The notes beneath the pieces are model-generated. The model was not told the origin of the DNA. It saw only the letters and a program-made list of their open reading frames with translations, and did not search any database. This document shows, piece after piece, positions 27,386 to 40,822 of a stretch of 64,000 nt of DNA; the stretch's first letter is position 1; every line of letters starts with the position of its first letter. A program made the translations under genes and the position numbers. Source of the DNA: Vicugna vicugna (taxonomy: Eukaryota); assembly GCA_013265495.1 (NCBI GenBank), contig MU058213.1, positions 4,402,001-4,466,000 on the forward strand, in the 5' to 3' direction.

Positions 27386-28660
27386 AAGTCTATATATGTT
27401 CGTCTTTTTACATTCAGTCTCATGAAAAGTTACAGAGCTATTTTGATATAAAACCGTGTTAGGAATTTTACAAGTCTTAGATGCTCCTTAGAGAGGCAGC
27501 TGTTTTGTATTCCTGGAGTACGTCCTGAACAAGATGAAGGACCCTTTGTAGTTTTTAAATGCTCACCAGGAGCTCCTATAAGTCAGGAAAAGTAAATTAT
27601 ATTTGCAAAATTATAACTGTTGGAATATTTTATTGCATTACAGATCTTGAGATCTGGAAATTATTGGGGAGGATAAAATTGGGCAACCCAGATTCTTTTG
27701 AATGTAGATTATGAAAGAAGAGGCTTCAGTTCCTCAAATCTGTTTGGAAGCATATCTACCTCACAAGGTAGTGATGAGACCTCAGTGAGCTTATGTATGT
27801 CAAAGGCTTAGCATGATCAATTAATGTTAGTTCCTTTTGTTATATATTCTGACAATTTATTCTGAGAATAACAAGCTTGGACTGTTTTCATTCATCATAT
27901 TGAACTGATACTTAATCCTTTGTGCTATCAAGTGAATTAATTGTTTTAATGTGGTTTTATATCATAATCAATCTACCTTTTGCATGGAGCAGACCATATT
28001 CTTCGTGTTTAATATAGGAAATTATTTAGTGATTAAGCAATAAATATCAGCTGTCCTGAATCAAATATCTTCTCTGCATTGCTGATACCATTAAAACTCA
28101 TTGAATTAATGCTTTTCAGAGTTCTTGCTTTGTAAATATTTTTCTTGTTTTTCCACCAACCCTTTCTTGCTCTCTTAGATCACTTTACTTTGGTATCTTT
28201 CTTCCCAGTTTGGAATCTTAAAGTCTTCTCTTGGGCTTCCAGATACTTTAGTTTGTGGGCTATTATCAGGGGAATCCTTTTTTCTCCCATTTTTTCCATT
28301 CATGAAGCATTCATTGAGATGCCACTGTTTTCTAGTCACTGGCATTAGGTGGGCAAAACAAAAATGCTTAGTTCACATTTCCTGGGCAAAAGGAGTGCTC
28401 ATTCTCATGAGAAGAACAGATTATTAACCATGAAATGATAAAAGTTATAATAATGAAGGCCCAGGGAGAGTAGAAGCACAGAAATAGAAGCAGTACTTAG
28501 TTATAAAGCCTCCGGGGCATACCACATGAAAGTGATATGTTTTGTAATACAAAGAACAGAGGACTTAAGCCTAAAGACTTCTCCCGTTTGACATGTGAAC
28601 TTGGTCAAATGGTTACTTACTGTGGACATTAATTCCTAACATGTAAAAGAAAAAATTTTT

Positions 28661-28980
28661 TTGTATTTTTATTTTTTTCCCTTTTCAGTTTTATTAGGTA
28701 GAATTATTATAGTTTGACTGCACATATACATTTTATTGCATGTAAATACATATATACAATATACTGCACTTCTGTTTAGTTTATGTATATGTATGGATCA
28801 TGGTTTCTAAGAACAGATTAGAGCTTTAGCTTTTTAAACTTACATAGTTATGAAAGGAATAAAGCCAACTACAAAATAAGAATTAACAGAATGCGGTAGT
28901 CCAGTCATAAAGGACAGTCAAATGTACTTACACATATTCAAGAAATCAATCATATAAGTTATAAATAATAAGCATAAAAC
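28661..28980 (-). mobile_element. Unidentified polyadenylated retroposed insert (3'UTR-like, 5'-truncated) with 10-bp TSD
   Basis: Degenerate poly(T) 28661-28678; minus-strand AATAAA at 28695-28690 and 28737-28732; TSD aaaaattttt at 28651-28660 and 28981-28990; interrupts a MIR-like sequence. Confidence 0.6.
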
Positions 28981-29289
28981 AAAAATTTTTGAGTAAGATC
29001 AGAGTTTCTTGAACTGGACTTAATAGATTATTAATATACAATATGTAAATACAGAGGTCCATGGTCCAATATATTTATGTATTATTGAGTTAAAATTAGA
29101 CAGATATCCTTGTTGGTGTTAGATGTCTCAGTTTTTAATATTTTTGTAAATTATAAATTTTAAGAAAGGAATAGAACAGACTTCTCACATTTTTTTCCTA
29201 TCATGGAATCCTTCTGTATTACTTAATAATTGTTTGACTGCCAGTAACAGTCTCAAGAGAAAGTAAATTAGACAACTTATATGCTTAAC

Positions 29290-32200
29290 TATTATTTTAG
29301 ATCTGTGATTCATTGTGAGTTAATTTTTGGCCAAGTGTGAGATAAGGGTTGAAGTTGTTTTGTTTTGTTTTCTTTTCTTTTGGCATAAGTCTATCCAGTT
29401 TTGTTGGTACCATTTGTTGAAAAGATTACCCTTTCCCCATTGAATGCCCCTGTTATCGCTGTTGAAAATCAATTAACCATGTATATAAGAATCAATGTCC
29501 AAACTCTCTGTTCTGTTCCATTGACTTTTTTTTAACCTTTCCACCAGTATTGTATTGTCTTGATTACTGTACCTTTAAAATAAATCTTGATACAAGGTAT
29601 TTTAAGTCTTCCAACCTTATTCTCTTTCAAAAAATTTTTGCCTATTCTAGGTACTTTGCATATGAATTGAAAAATTTTAAACCACCATATCAGTTTCTGT
29701 AAAATCTAGAATTTTGGTTGGGATTGTATTGGATCTGATCCGTTTAAGGAGAATTGATATTTTAACAGTGATTATGGTATAACTATTTAAGACTTTTTTA
29801 ATTTCTCATGGTAATGTTGTATAGTTTTTAGTGAACACATATTGCACATCTCTCATTTAACTTAGCACTAAATTTTCATGCTGTTATAAATTTCAATTTC
29901 TGGTTGTTCATGTCTTATATAAAACTACAAGTTTTGGTATCTTGGCCTTGTATCCTGCACCTTGTTAAACTCACTAGCTGTAGTAGCTTTTTTTGTACAT
30001 GCTGAAGGATTTTCTGTTTGGATAATGAGAATTTCACTTTTTCTTTTTCAATCTGGATTTCCCCTCTTACTAATTTGTTATAATTTCATGTGCAGTGTTG
30101 AATAGAAGTGATACAAGTAGATAGCTTTGCCCCATTCTTGATATTGGGAAAACAGTCTTTCACTATTAAGCATGATATTAGTTACAGGTTTCCTTTATAT
30201 AATTTATTAGATTGAGGAAATTTCCTTTTATTCCTAATTTGTTGAGATGTTTATCAAAAATGGATGTTGGATTTTATAAAAGATTTTCTTTTGCATCTAT
30301 TGAGGTGGTCATATAGATTTTCTTTATTAGTGTTTTGCTGTGGGAATTATATTGATGACTATTTTTAATTTTAAATTAATGTTGCATTTCTGAGATCAGT
30401 AGCACTGAGTTATTATGTATTGTTCCTTTATGTATTGTTAAATTTAATTTGCTAAATGTTAAGAATTTTTATATTTGAGTATACTGATCTGTAGGATTTT
30501 TTTTTTGTACTGTCTATGTCAGAATTTAGTATTATGATAATACTGGCTTCAAAGGATGAGTTGAGAACTGTTACTTCTGCTTTAATTGTTTGGAGAAATT
30601 TATCTAATATTGGTATTATTTCCGCCTTTAATGTTTGGTAGAATTTACCGTAAAGATATATGGGCCTGGAGTTTTCTTTAGGGATAATTTTCATATAATT
30701 TTAATTATATTAATAGAAAAGAACTATTCAATTTATTTTTTCTTGACTGAGCTTTGTTAATTTGTGTATTTTAAGAAGCATATCTTTTTGTCCATTTCAT
30801 CTGAGTTGAATTTATTGGCATAAAGTTGCTCATAATTTTTTTTGTATCTTTTAAATATTTATATTAGCTATCTCTTGCTATATTAACAAATTACCACAAA
30901 CTTAGTGGCTTAAGGTTATATATATTTAAGGTCTCTTAGTTTCTGTGGGTGATGAATTTGGAATAGCTTAGTTTAGTTCTCTGCTTAGGGTCTCTTACAG
31001 AGACTGTAAGCAAAGTATTGGCCAGACCTAGGGTCTCATCTGAAAGACATGGGAAGGATCTGCTTCAAAGCTCATGTGTTTTTTGGCAGGATTCAGTTCC
31101 TTTCAGTGTGTTGAACCAAGAGTCAAAGTTCCCTGTTGGCTGAAAGCTGCCCTCAGTGTTTTAACCAGCTGGGCCTTTCCGTCATGGCAGCTTATTTAAT
31201 CAAAACCGTCAAGGAAGGAAGGATCTGCTAACAAGATAGAAGACAAAATTTTATGGAGCCTGATTATAGAAATGATATCCCATCACTTTTGCAATATTCT
31301 ATTGGTTAGAAGCAAGTCACTAGGCCAGCTCACATTCAAGAGGAATGGTTTATATAGGGGTGTGAATACCAGAAGCTGAAGGTCATTGAGGGCCACCCAG
31401 AGTCCACCTGTCACAATATTTGTAGGATCTGTAGTTTAAATTCCTACCTCATTCCTGATACTGGTGAATTATTTCTTTTTTTCCTGATCGGTATGACTAG
31501 AGGCTTTTCTCTTTTACTGACATTCTCACAGAACTAGTTTTTGGTTTTCTCAGTTGTTTTTCTGTTTTCAGTATGTTTGATTGCTACTGTTACCTGTACT
31601 TTGAGTTAAGTTTGCGCTTTGTTTTTTAATTTCTTCAGGTAGAAGTTGTGGTCATTGATTTGAGAACTTTCATCTTTTCTAACAGATATTTAGTACTGTT
31701 AAGGTAAATTTTCCTCTGACCATAGTGTTAACCTGCATCCCACAATTTTTGTTACGTTGTGTTTTCATTTCATACAGTTCAGAATGCTTTATAATTTTCC
31801 TGTTGATTGCTTGACCCTTGGGTTATTTAGAAGTGTATTGTTTAATTTTTAAATATTTGGGGATTGTCTAGAGATATTTTTATTATTGGTACTTAAGTCC
31901 ACTGTAGTCAGAGAACATGCTTTTTAGTTCTTTGTGTAAATCCACGTTTCTGTCTGGTATTATTTTCCTTTTGACTGAAGGGCTTCCTTTAATAGTCCTC
32001 ATTGTGTCGATTTGGTGCTGATGAGATTTTTCATCTTTCATGTGTCTGAAATATTTTTTATCTTAATTTTTTCCAAAGTATGGGGTTCTAGGTTGAGATC
32101 TCTCTTTCCCTCTTCCTCTACTTCTTCCTTTTTCTCCTCCCCTTTCACCTCCAACAATTAAAGGATTCACTTTGTTTCTCCTCTCTCAGGGATCATTGTC

Positions 32201-32350
32201 CTACACTGCCCATGTCCAGTGTCTCAAAACTATTGTTTAATGTATTTCGTTTATTTTTTATTTTTTATTATTGTTATTATTATTATTTACTATTTCAGGT
32301 ATGAGAGTTAATCTGACCCTTGTTACTCCATTTTGTCTGGAATTGGAAGT
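29290..32350 (-). mobile_element. Old L1M ORF2 remnant, interrupted by an MLT1 LTR
   Basis: Antisense L1 ORF2 motifs (accatttgttgaaaagattaccctttccccattgaa; tgcatctattgag). ORF 30452-30694 (-) has L1 ORF2-like GKFYQTLKAEIIPIL...NSSFEASI. Confidence 0.85.
30860..31415 (-). mobile_element. MaLR MLT1-family (MLT1E/F-like) solo LTR
   Basis: Starts tatattag...aacaaattaccacaaacttagtggcttaa and ends ...cctgtcaca; contains ttctattggttagaagcaagtcactagg; 5-bp TSD atatt at 30855-30859 and 31416-31420. Confidence 0.85.
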
Positions 32351-32739
32351 GGAAATGCAGTTTTTAGCTAGGCTAATCTGATAGGGAACATGGATTTGCT
32401 TCATCAATAGGAACCTTATTAGTAGGACATTATGAATGAATAGAGAAATTAAGTCAGCACTGTTAGTTTTTCCTGTACACCACTCAAAGTACTGGCATAT
32501 TCAAGAGATCCTTGAAATTTTGATACCCTATCTCACTATTGTGATGTTGTTTTTTTTTTTAACTACCAACCGTTCCCAAATATTTGTCCACTGATACTTA
32601 ATAGTCAGTCAGAAGCCAAAAATACGTTCTTTAATATAGTGAGATTAGATATCTGCCACTGACTAACTCTGTGATCTTAGACATACCCCTTGAGTTCCCT
32701 AAATCTTTTTCCCTCATCTCTGAAGTGAGTCTTCTGTCT

Positions 32740-33175
32740 CACATAAATCATTTTCAACCAGGGTTTCCAGATTCTGATAAGATAGTGGTAGTGAGGAGTT
32801 CATGATTTATTTTAAAATATAGTAAATAGTTTAAGCCAGTTGTTTACCTAGTATGTTCCAGAGACTTCTCAGTGTCCATGAGACTCTTTTAGAGTATTTC
32901 CAAGGTGGAAACTATTTTCTTGATACTACTAAAACTTTGCCATCTCAGTCTTACTCTTTTCTGAGTGTAATAATGGAGTTTCCAAATGCTTCATGATATA
33001 TGATGATGTCTGCTCTGCTTTTGTGTTTTTTAAATTTCTCTGGTTTAATTTCTAACATGGTAAATATCAGTGGATACATACTATATTAACAAAAGTTCTT
33101 TGGGGTTCTGTATATTTTTTAAGTGAAAATATTTTTTGTATAAGAGTTCCTGAGACCAAGTAGTTCTGAGATGCT
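32740..33175. mobile_element. hAT-Charlie family DNA transposon remnant
   Basis: aaactattttcttgatactactaa...tttctaacatggtaaatatc...aacaaaagttctttggggttct...gttcctgagaccaa resembles Charlie-family consensus; subfamily uncertain. Confidence 0.6.
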
Positions 33176-33269
33176 AAAAATAGCTGGCCTGATAGAAATG
33201 ATTTTCTATTTAAATACATATTTTATTGCCAGATTTCTTGGTGCTAGAGATTTAAAAAAATTAGTGGCT

Positions 33270-33500
33270 AACATTAAGTCATCTGCTGTCATAGTTCCCA
33301 AGTTTAAATCAGTTCTCTACCATGCTCTGATGTTAGGAAAGTTATTTAAATTCTCTAAGACAAAATTTCCTCATCTATGAGGTGGGGAAGATACATATCT
33401 ATATATAGTTTAAATTAACTGATAAAATACATGGAAGCCTTTATCACAGTGCTGACACATAGTAGGCGCTCAATAAAAGTTAGCTGTGATGATTATGATG
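33270..33500 (+). mobile_element. MIR SINE
   Basis: ggaaagttatttaaattctctaag...tttcctcatctatga...cacagtgctgacacatagtaggcgctcaataaa. Confidence 0.75.
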
Positions 33501-33869
33501 CCACCAGAGGCATGCTTATTGACATTTTTATTTCCTGGTTATCTACATGTTTTGTTTTGCCTTATGGCATTCTTAGCAACTTTCAGTGCTATTTTTTCTG
33601 ACTGCCTGGTAGTGCTTATTTTGCTTTGAAGCTGTGTGGTTATATTGACATCTTCTAAACTATGCATACCCAACCCAGAAAGTTACCTTGGAAGTTGGCT
33701 GACTGGCTTGGGCTTCATTTAAAATCTCACTGGTCATGCCAACTCTAATAAGGAGTCTAATATTACTAATCAAACCTTTGGGAGCTATAATATGAAGCAT
33801 CTCAGATTTAGACCTCATACAAAAGTTACTCAGTTTATTAAATTTTTCCAGATATTAACTCTTTCTTCT

Positions 33870-33960
33870 TCCAAACTTTGAGCTCCTTGAAGGCAAAGAT
33901 TTCTCTTTGTACTTGTATCCTAGCACCTAGCACAGTGCCTGATACATCACTGGCAGTAAT
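33870..33960 (+). mobile_element. L2 3'-end fragment
   Basis: tgagctccttgaaggcaaaga...gtatcctagcacctagcacagtgcctgatacat. Confidence 0.7.
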
Positions 33961-36849
33961 ACTTATATATACATATGCATGGTCACACTTCTGTGTGTAC
34001 ATTTTTATCTCTTTAATTTCATAGGTAACTAAATAAAAATGATATGAAAAGACAAGTAAAAGAAAAAAGAGATGGTCATAGGGAAGAGGAAAACGAGAAG
34101 AAAGTCAAGAGGAGAGACAAAATCCCCTTTCAGAAATGTTGATAAACATCCCTGGTGGCATCTACAGTAGAAGTTAATAGTACACATTGAAAACATAAGA
34201 ACTCAAAGCAGACAGGCAGAAAACAGAGAAAATCAATTTCAGTTATTGCCATGAATGAAATTGTTACATTTGATCAAGTAGATGGTAATTCAGTTTGTAC
34301 CACTATTAGCCTTAATATCTAAGTGGCACATCTCCCAGTCTCTCTTAGGAGGTATATAAAAAGAAACTGGTAATACTATGAACGACTGTTGATTATCAAA
34401 GGTATGCTGGTCTCCTGTTTTTCTAAGTATTTGAAAATTTTGTATGATGTACAAATGTACTTAACTAATCATACATTTTTATACCTGAAAATTGGTAGTT
34501 GGTGCAAATATGGTTAAACATGATCAATTTGGATTAAATGCCTGAATTACAGTGTAATTTTACTTTCAAGGAAATAACTATCTTTTTATTTTTACTTTTA
34601 ATTATATTTATTAGCTAAAAGTTCTGTAATAAAGTAATGCCATTTAAACTTGCTTGTCAGTTTCTTTTAACCAGATAGGTAGAATACATGTACACAACAT
34701 CAAACAGAGATTTTTGTCTGATAATAGGTAAGATAGCTTTTTTTAAAATTGTGTACCAGATGAAGTTACTGGTTTGTGTTTTAATACCATTTTGTATGAA
34801 GAATAAATACTGTCTTTGTGCAGTAGAATCATGGTCATGGAGTGAGATGCTTCTACTGAGAAGCATTCAAAACTCATACTAACTGAGGGAACAATAGATT
34901 CACCTTCACTTTCATGCTCACTCTAGAGTGCATGCTTTTTTAGTATAATCAAAGAGGGGTGGAACTATTTTTATTACATTAATTTTTTTGTTTTTCTGCT
35001 TTTTTAATGAATTTACATAATTTGGTTAGATAAATTATATATGATATGAGTAAACTATGATATCTGGACACATGAATAGCCACAAAAGTCCTGCTTTTAG
35101 TAACTGAAAAAAGTTGGTGTGCTCATACTCAAATCTAGTGTGTGTTTCTCAAACTGGTGGATGAGTACTCCCCCCAGGGGTCACCTCTCAGCAGCATGTT
35201 GGAGTTACTCAGAGGCCTTGCTGGTTAGGCAACTGATACAGAAGGAGATAGCTTCACTTACAGATTCTTAAAAGCAAGAAGGCTGACAAATGCGCAAAAA
35301 TGAGTAATCGATCTTTATTTATAAAACTGCTGTGAAAATGGGACAGTAATGTATTTAGAATTTAATTCCTTTGATCTTCATAGTAATAAATAAAGGCTAT
35401 CCTAAAGGAGAAAAGTTTCTTAAATACATCTTTGAAATGTTAATGTAAATATGGGAAGTACAGTGATTCTAAAGTTGCAGTTGTGGAATATTTACAGACA
35501 AATGTAATTTTTAAAATGCCTTCTTAAGCTTAAAAAAAAACAGAAGCTTTGTCAAAGATATTTTAAGTGCTTTGTCAAACTAAAAAAATTTTAAAGTTAA
35601 AGACGAGGAATTATTTAAAATCCAAGGAAAACTTGCTGAATTCTTTCATTAGGTGCTCATTTAATATTGAACTCTCTGGTAAGAGGACCATGCTTTGTTT
35701 TCAGAGGCCCATTTATCATTAAAAAGTCATCTCTAAAATTAGGTTTTGTTTATCAGATATACTCAGAGTAGTTATATCTACCACTCATATCTGATGGTGA
35801 TGCCTTTCTGTTTTGCAAAGGAAGTCCTGACATTTCAGTTGGTTAGAACACTGCAAGAAAAACTGTACATATCAGAAAACAGGGGCACTGTTTTCCTTTG
35901 ATATTAAGTAGACATAAAGTTTCCTTTTTTGCTCTTTCTTTGTTGGAATATATATATAGTACCTGTGGTCTAGATGACCACTATGGGTTTTGGAAATCTG
36001 AGAACGGGAAAAGGGGATGATGGGTCTGACTCTTACTAGTCCTTTTTTGCATTCAGTTGCTATGTCTAGGTAGCTTCAGTGCTGCAGAACAAATCACAGA
36101 ACAAATTCCCTAAGGAAGACTAGATGCCTCCTCTGATGTGTTTTCTCTGGTTGAACCTCAGGCTGAAGTTGGTCACCCTAAAGATTTTCATATTTGTGGG
36201 AATCTTTTTGGGGGGTTGCAATTTTCAGTGCCTCACAACCAGGCCATTCAGATGCCTCCTTTAGTTTATTGGAATGGAGTCACACAGTCTTTCTCTTGAA
36301 TTTTTCTCCCCATTTTGTTATAATGTATATTAATTCTTAACTGTAATTGTCAAGTCGTTATCATAGACTCCGTCTTTCATGGTGGCACTCAATTACCAGT
36401 CCTAATGGTATAGAAATTTGCTTTTAAGTTTGTTGGAACCTCTGTTTGCACTGTCTGTAGGAACTGTCCCAACATCATAGATGATTGCTGCAGTTTATTA
36501 CCACCTTGGGCAAGGGGAATGTTCTGCAGGAGAAATGAGTGTCTGTACCTGATATCTACTGACTGAAGGAGATTTTTCATTTCCCTTTTTTTTTTCCTTC
36601 ATCACAATCCACGGGTTCACAAAGTTCTCAAAAGCTCTTATGACTGCCTTCACTATTTTGAACACCACTAGCCAAAAGGATAGTTTAAAATTTGTTGTTG
36701 TTGTTGTTCCATTTTCCTTTCTCCATTCCTTTATCACCTATGAATTACTGTTTGAATAGGAATACCCTTCATCTTCATTTTGTGTAGCTCCAGCCTGTCA
36801 TTGAGCCATTCAATTCACAATAATTCTAGGGAGGAACAATTATTTCTAG

Positions 36850-37030
36850 AGAGGCAGCATTGCATGGTGAGCTCTGGAGTCAGACTGCCTGTGTTCACAT
36901 TCCCATCCTGCTGTTTACTGTTGGGTATCAGGTGAATTATGTAAATTTTTCTGCATCTCTTTCCTTGTCTGTAGTGAGGATAAGTGAATAAAGCCCTTAA
37001 TTCATGTTCTGGCAAGTAGTATCATTAAAA
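36850..37030 (+). mobile_element. MIR SINE
   Basis: gagaggcagcattgcatggtgagctctggagtcagactgcctgtgttcacattccc. Confidence 0.75.
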
Positions 37031-37419
37031 GTATGCTGATACTATGATTAATGTTGACATAGAAAGCTTTTTAAATTAGGTCAATTGAATGAAGACTTGA
37101 TGCATATTTCTAGAAGGAATCACTGACTCTTTAGTTATGGCTTATTTACTTTCCCTTTAGGGAATTAAATCCAAGCCAGGGTTCAGCATCCATATGAACC
37201 AGTTAGCAAAAGAACATTGTTTCACTACTATACTTTTCATTCAAACTTACTCTTAAAGATGAGTGGCTTTAGTCATAGAGGCAGAAAGAAGGAGTGCAAA
37301 TGGCTCATGATCTGTATCACTATGTCTCGTTATAGAATCTGAAAGTATGGTCCTACGCATCCTACCAGGATATCAGTACTGTTTTAATCATGAACGATGA
37401 ACTATTATGTCTGAGTCAG

Positions 37420-37610
37420 ATTCTAAAAATCAGCATCAGCCAACACTGTAGCCATGTCTATAAGAAACTACACAACACTGGGCATCAAGACAAGATGCTG
37501 ACAACAAACTAAAATATTATCTTACTTCTGTCAAATTTAGCTGTATCAACACCTGGAGTAATGGATACAGTTTCAATTATACAACATTAAGATGAACTAA
37601 GGACTCTAGT
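37420..37610 (+). mobile_element. Possible CR1/L3 LINE remnant
   Basis: cagccaacactgtagccatgtc...cacctggagtaatggatacagtt resembles the CR1/L3 RT 3' region; highly degraded. Confidence 0.35.
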
Positions 37611-37889
37611 AAAGATTAACTTATTTAACGGATGTGTCTTGCACATTTGTTATGACAGAGGACTGCCTTTTGATCCAGGCCAGACTATTTCAGATAAGAA
37701 TATAGCTACATAAGGTTTAAGTGAATTAATAAGGAAATGTGATGGTGATTGCTTTGCTTTTTGCTTACTGAGAGGTGCATCACAGTTACATGCAGCTTAT
37801 AAATGGACTTCTGAAGCTTTCTTTCATAAGTTTGGAGCTGTCTGTGGAGAACTTTCAGATTTGGTAGGAGATAGGAGATTATTTTTTTT

Positions 37890-38680
37890 TCCCTAAAATG
37901 GTAATATGTTTCTATTCTAGAGAATAGTTTGATAATATCTAGTAAATTTAAAGATGTGGGTACTTTGTAACCTAGTAATCCTACTCCTAGATATTAACCC
38001 CTAGAGAAAAGTTCACATAAATTCTCATGTATACAAGGAGACATATTACTAAAATGTATATAGCAGCCTTGTTTATAATGGGGGAAAATAGGAGGCAGCT
38101 ATGTGTCATCAAAAAGGGGCTGGATAGATAAGTGGTGGAATGTTATAAATAGGCTATTATATTGTAGTGACATGTATTTACCAGTGCTTCACTTTTTCGC
38201 CATGTACCAGTCTTACATATTGACCATTGTGAGTATAGAAAAAAGCATACTATTTAGGTAATAACACTTTAAACATGCAAAGTGTACTCTGTTTAGTTAG
38301 AGGGTATACATATTTAATAAAATATTAAGTAACATGAAAATGATTTTTTAAAAACAAGTTTAGGATAGTGTTTACTTCTGAGGGGAATTTGAGAGAATTC
38401 CATAGAGTTTTAAACTATACTGGCAATGTTTTATTTTTTGAGTTGTGGATATATGATTTTGTATTACATACATTTTGTATGTTTGAACTATTTTAAAAAC
38501 ATTTTAAATTTGGAAGAAAATGTGTCAAAATGTTGTTGATGTTTGCATTTCAGTTGAGGTAAAATGAGTCTTTTTTTCCTACTTAGTTGATGTTATTTCT
38601 TTACATTTCCAATTTTCTACAATGAGAGTATGTTACTTCGATCATTTTGAAGGAAAAAAGTTTTTTTTTTTGAAAAATAA
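37890..38680 (+). mobile_element. L1ME-like 3' fragment(s), sense orientation
   Basis: tctattctagagaatagtttgataatatctagtaaa...acctagtaatcctactcctagatattaaccc...tagcagccttgtttataat. Confidence 0.7.
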
Positions 38681-39364
38681 TAGATTGCTTTCATATAAAC
38701 TTGAGAAAATATAGGCAGGACAAAAAATTATAAACTTGTTATAATTTTCTAATCTCTTCCCTATAAACTCTGTAAAGGTTAAATATTATTATACTTTATA
38801 CTAATTAATACTAATTAATTTTTTCTTATTTTTCCCACCTAATATAACAAATGTTTAATGTTAAAATGTTAATATAGGACTGGTATTTTGGAAATTATTT
38901 TAAAATATGCCATAGTATTGAATGTGAGAACATAGTTTTGCTCACTGGCTAGTGTCATGTCTTCTGATTACTTACTACTTCTTAATGCATGGGTTTTAAT
39001 AGACTTATGTTATTCCTAGGTTTGATTTATTTGAATTGTTTTCACAAATATTGGCAAATATTTTTATTTATTGAGCGATTACTATATGCTCAGTCCTAAT
39101 CTGTTGGCAGACAGTAGTAGAAGATAAAAGCTTTAAAATATGTAAAATCTGAGGTTCTTTTGCAGCATAGTACCATTTTAACTGTCTTTTATCTAGTTTT
39201 CCCTGTTTGCATATAGTGTGTGAATAGAGCAGTAGAATTATGGTTTAAAAATGTGAGCTTTTTAGGACTTAATGAGGTGTTTGTGGTATAGGAGAAGAAA
39301 TAATAGGGGCTAACGTTATTTTACCATGTACCAGGCCTCATGACTTAATGAGATAATAAGACGA

Positions 39365-40822
39365 GTTCTTCTCCAACTTTAATTTGCATATTAATCCCCT
39401 AAACATCTTTCAAAATGCAGGTTTTGATTTTTTAGGTCTTAGATGCACCCAGACAAGTATGAAGTCAGTCTGCTTGTTTAGGAGTAAGCTAAACTGACAG
39501 TTTCACCAATTTTGCTGACCTGCCTCTGGCAGCCACCAGTCTGTTCTCTGTATCTATGATCTCAGGTTGTTTGTTTGTTTAAGATTCCACATATCAGTGC
39601 AATCATTTGATATTTGTCTTTCTTTGTCTGACTTATTTCACTTACATAATGCCCTCATGGTTCATCCATGTTATCTAAAATGGCAAGATTTTCTTCCTTT
39701 TTATGACTGAATAATATTCCTGTGTGTGTGTATGAATTTTTATATATACACACATCACGTTTTCTTTATCCACTCATCCATCCATGGACAGTTAGGTTGT
39801 TTCCATGTCTTGGCTGTTATAAATAATGCTGCAGTGAACATGGGGTGCATGTATCTTTTCACTTCCTTCAGACAAATACTCAGAAGTGGAATTCCTGGAT
39901 CATATGTTAGTTCTATTTTCAATTTTTTGAGGAATCTCCAGACTGTTTTTCCATAGTGGCTGCACCAGTTAACAATCCCACCAGCAGTGCACAAGGGTTC
40001 CCTTTTTCTCACATCCTTGCCAACACTTATTGTTTCTTGTCCTTTTGACAACAGCCATTCTGACAGATGTGAGGTAATGCCTCATTGTCATTTTGATTTG
40101 CATTTCCCTGATAGTGATGCTGAGCACATTTTCATATACCTACCTGTTGACGATCTATATTCTTCTTTCATATCCTCTGCCCAGTTTTTAATCATACTGC
40201 TTGGTTTTTTTTTACAGTGGAGTTGTATGAGTTCTTTATATGATATTAATCCCTTATAAGATATAGGATGTAGAAATTTTTTCTCCCATTTTATAGGCTG
40301 CCTTTTCATTTTGTTGATTGTTTCCTTTGCTGTGCAGAAGCTAGTTTGATGTACTCCCGCTTGTTTATTTTTGCTTTTGTTGCTTTTGCTTTTAGTGTCA
40401 AACTCAAAAAATTATCGCCAAGACTAATATTGAGGAGCTTCCCACCTGTATGTTCTTCTAGGAATTTTATGGTGTAAACTCTATGTTCAAGTCTTTAATC
40501 CATTTTGAGTTAATTTTATAATCTTTTAATAAACCTTTTGTAGGTATAAAGTCAGGATGTTAGTTTAGGAATAAGCTAGACTAACAGGTTTCCTCAAACG
40601 TTTTATATATGCTGCACTATATTTTATAGTACAATATTTAAAGTAGTGAATTTTATAAAGTACAAGCTCTAGTTTTTTACTATTATATACAGCAAAAAAT
40701 TACCCTACCCGATTACTTTAAACCACTGCTGAAAGCTTCTTCTGTGTTTTTTTCTTTTATTGTTTGATGACAGACCATTCTTGATCCAGCATCAGTCCAC
40801 AGACTATGCTTTGAGAAGGACT
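39365..40822. mobile_element. MER5/Charlie-like DNA element whose two ends (~39365-39452 and ~40770-40822) are separated by an L1 insertion
   Basis: Left end ttctccaactttaatttgcatattaatcccct...aaaatgcagg; right end cagtccacagactatgctttgagaaggactg. The two ends could belong to separate elements. Confidence 0.45.
39515..40520 (-). mobile_element. L1 (L1MA-like) ORF2 C-terminus and partial 3'UTR
   Basis: ORFs 40088-40309 and 39755-40051 (-) give L1 ORF2 C-terminal motifs ([51 protein letters not shown]), frameshifted. Confidence 0.92.

Noticed and set aside
34913..34934. Near-palindrome catgctcactctagagtgcatg
   Set aside because: Short and bulged; compatible with chance.
36389..36737. Two overlapping minus-strand ORFs that look faintly like decayed coding sequence
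   Set aside because: No protein family recognised and no retrocopy hallmarks seen; a TBLASTX search would be needed.
39726..40309. Overlapping ORFs on both strands
   Set aside because: Frameshifted L1 ORF2 remnants and their antisense shadows.
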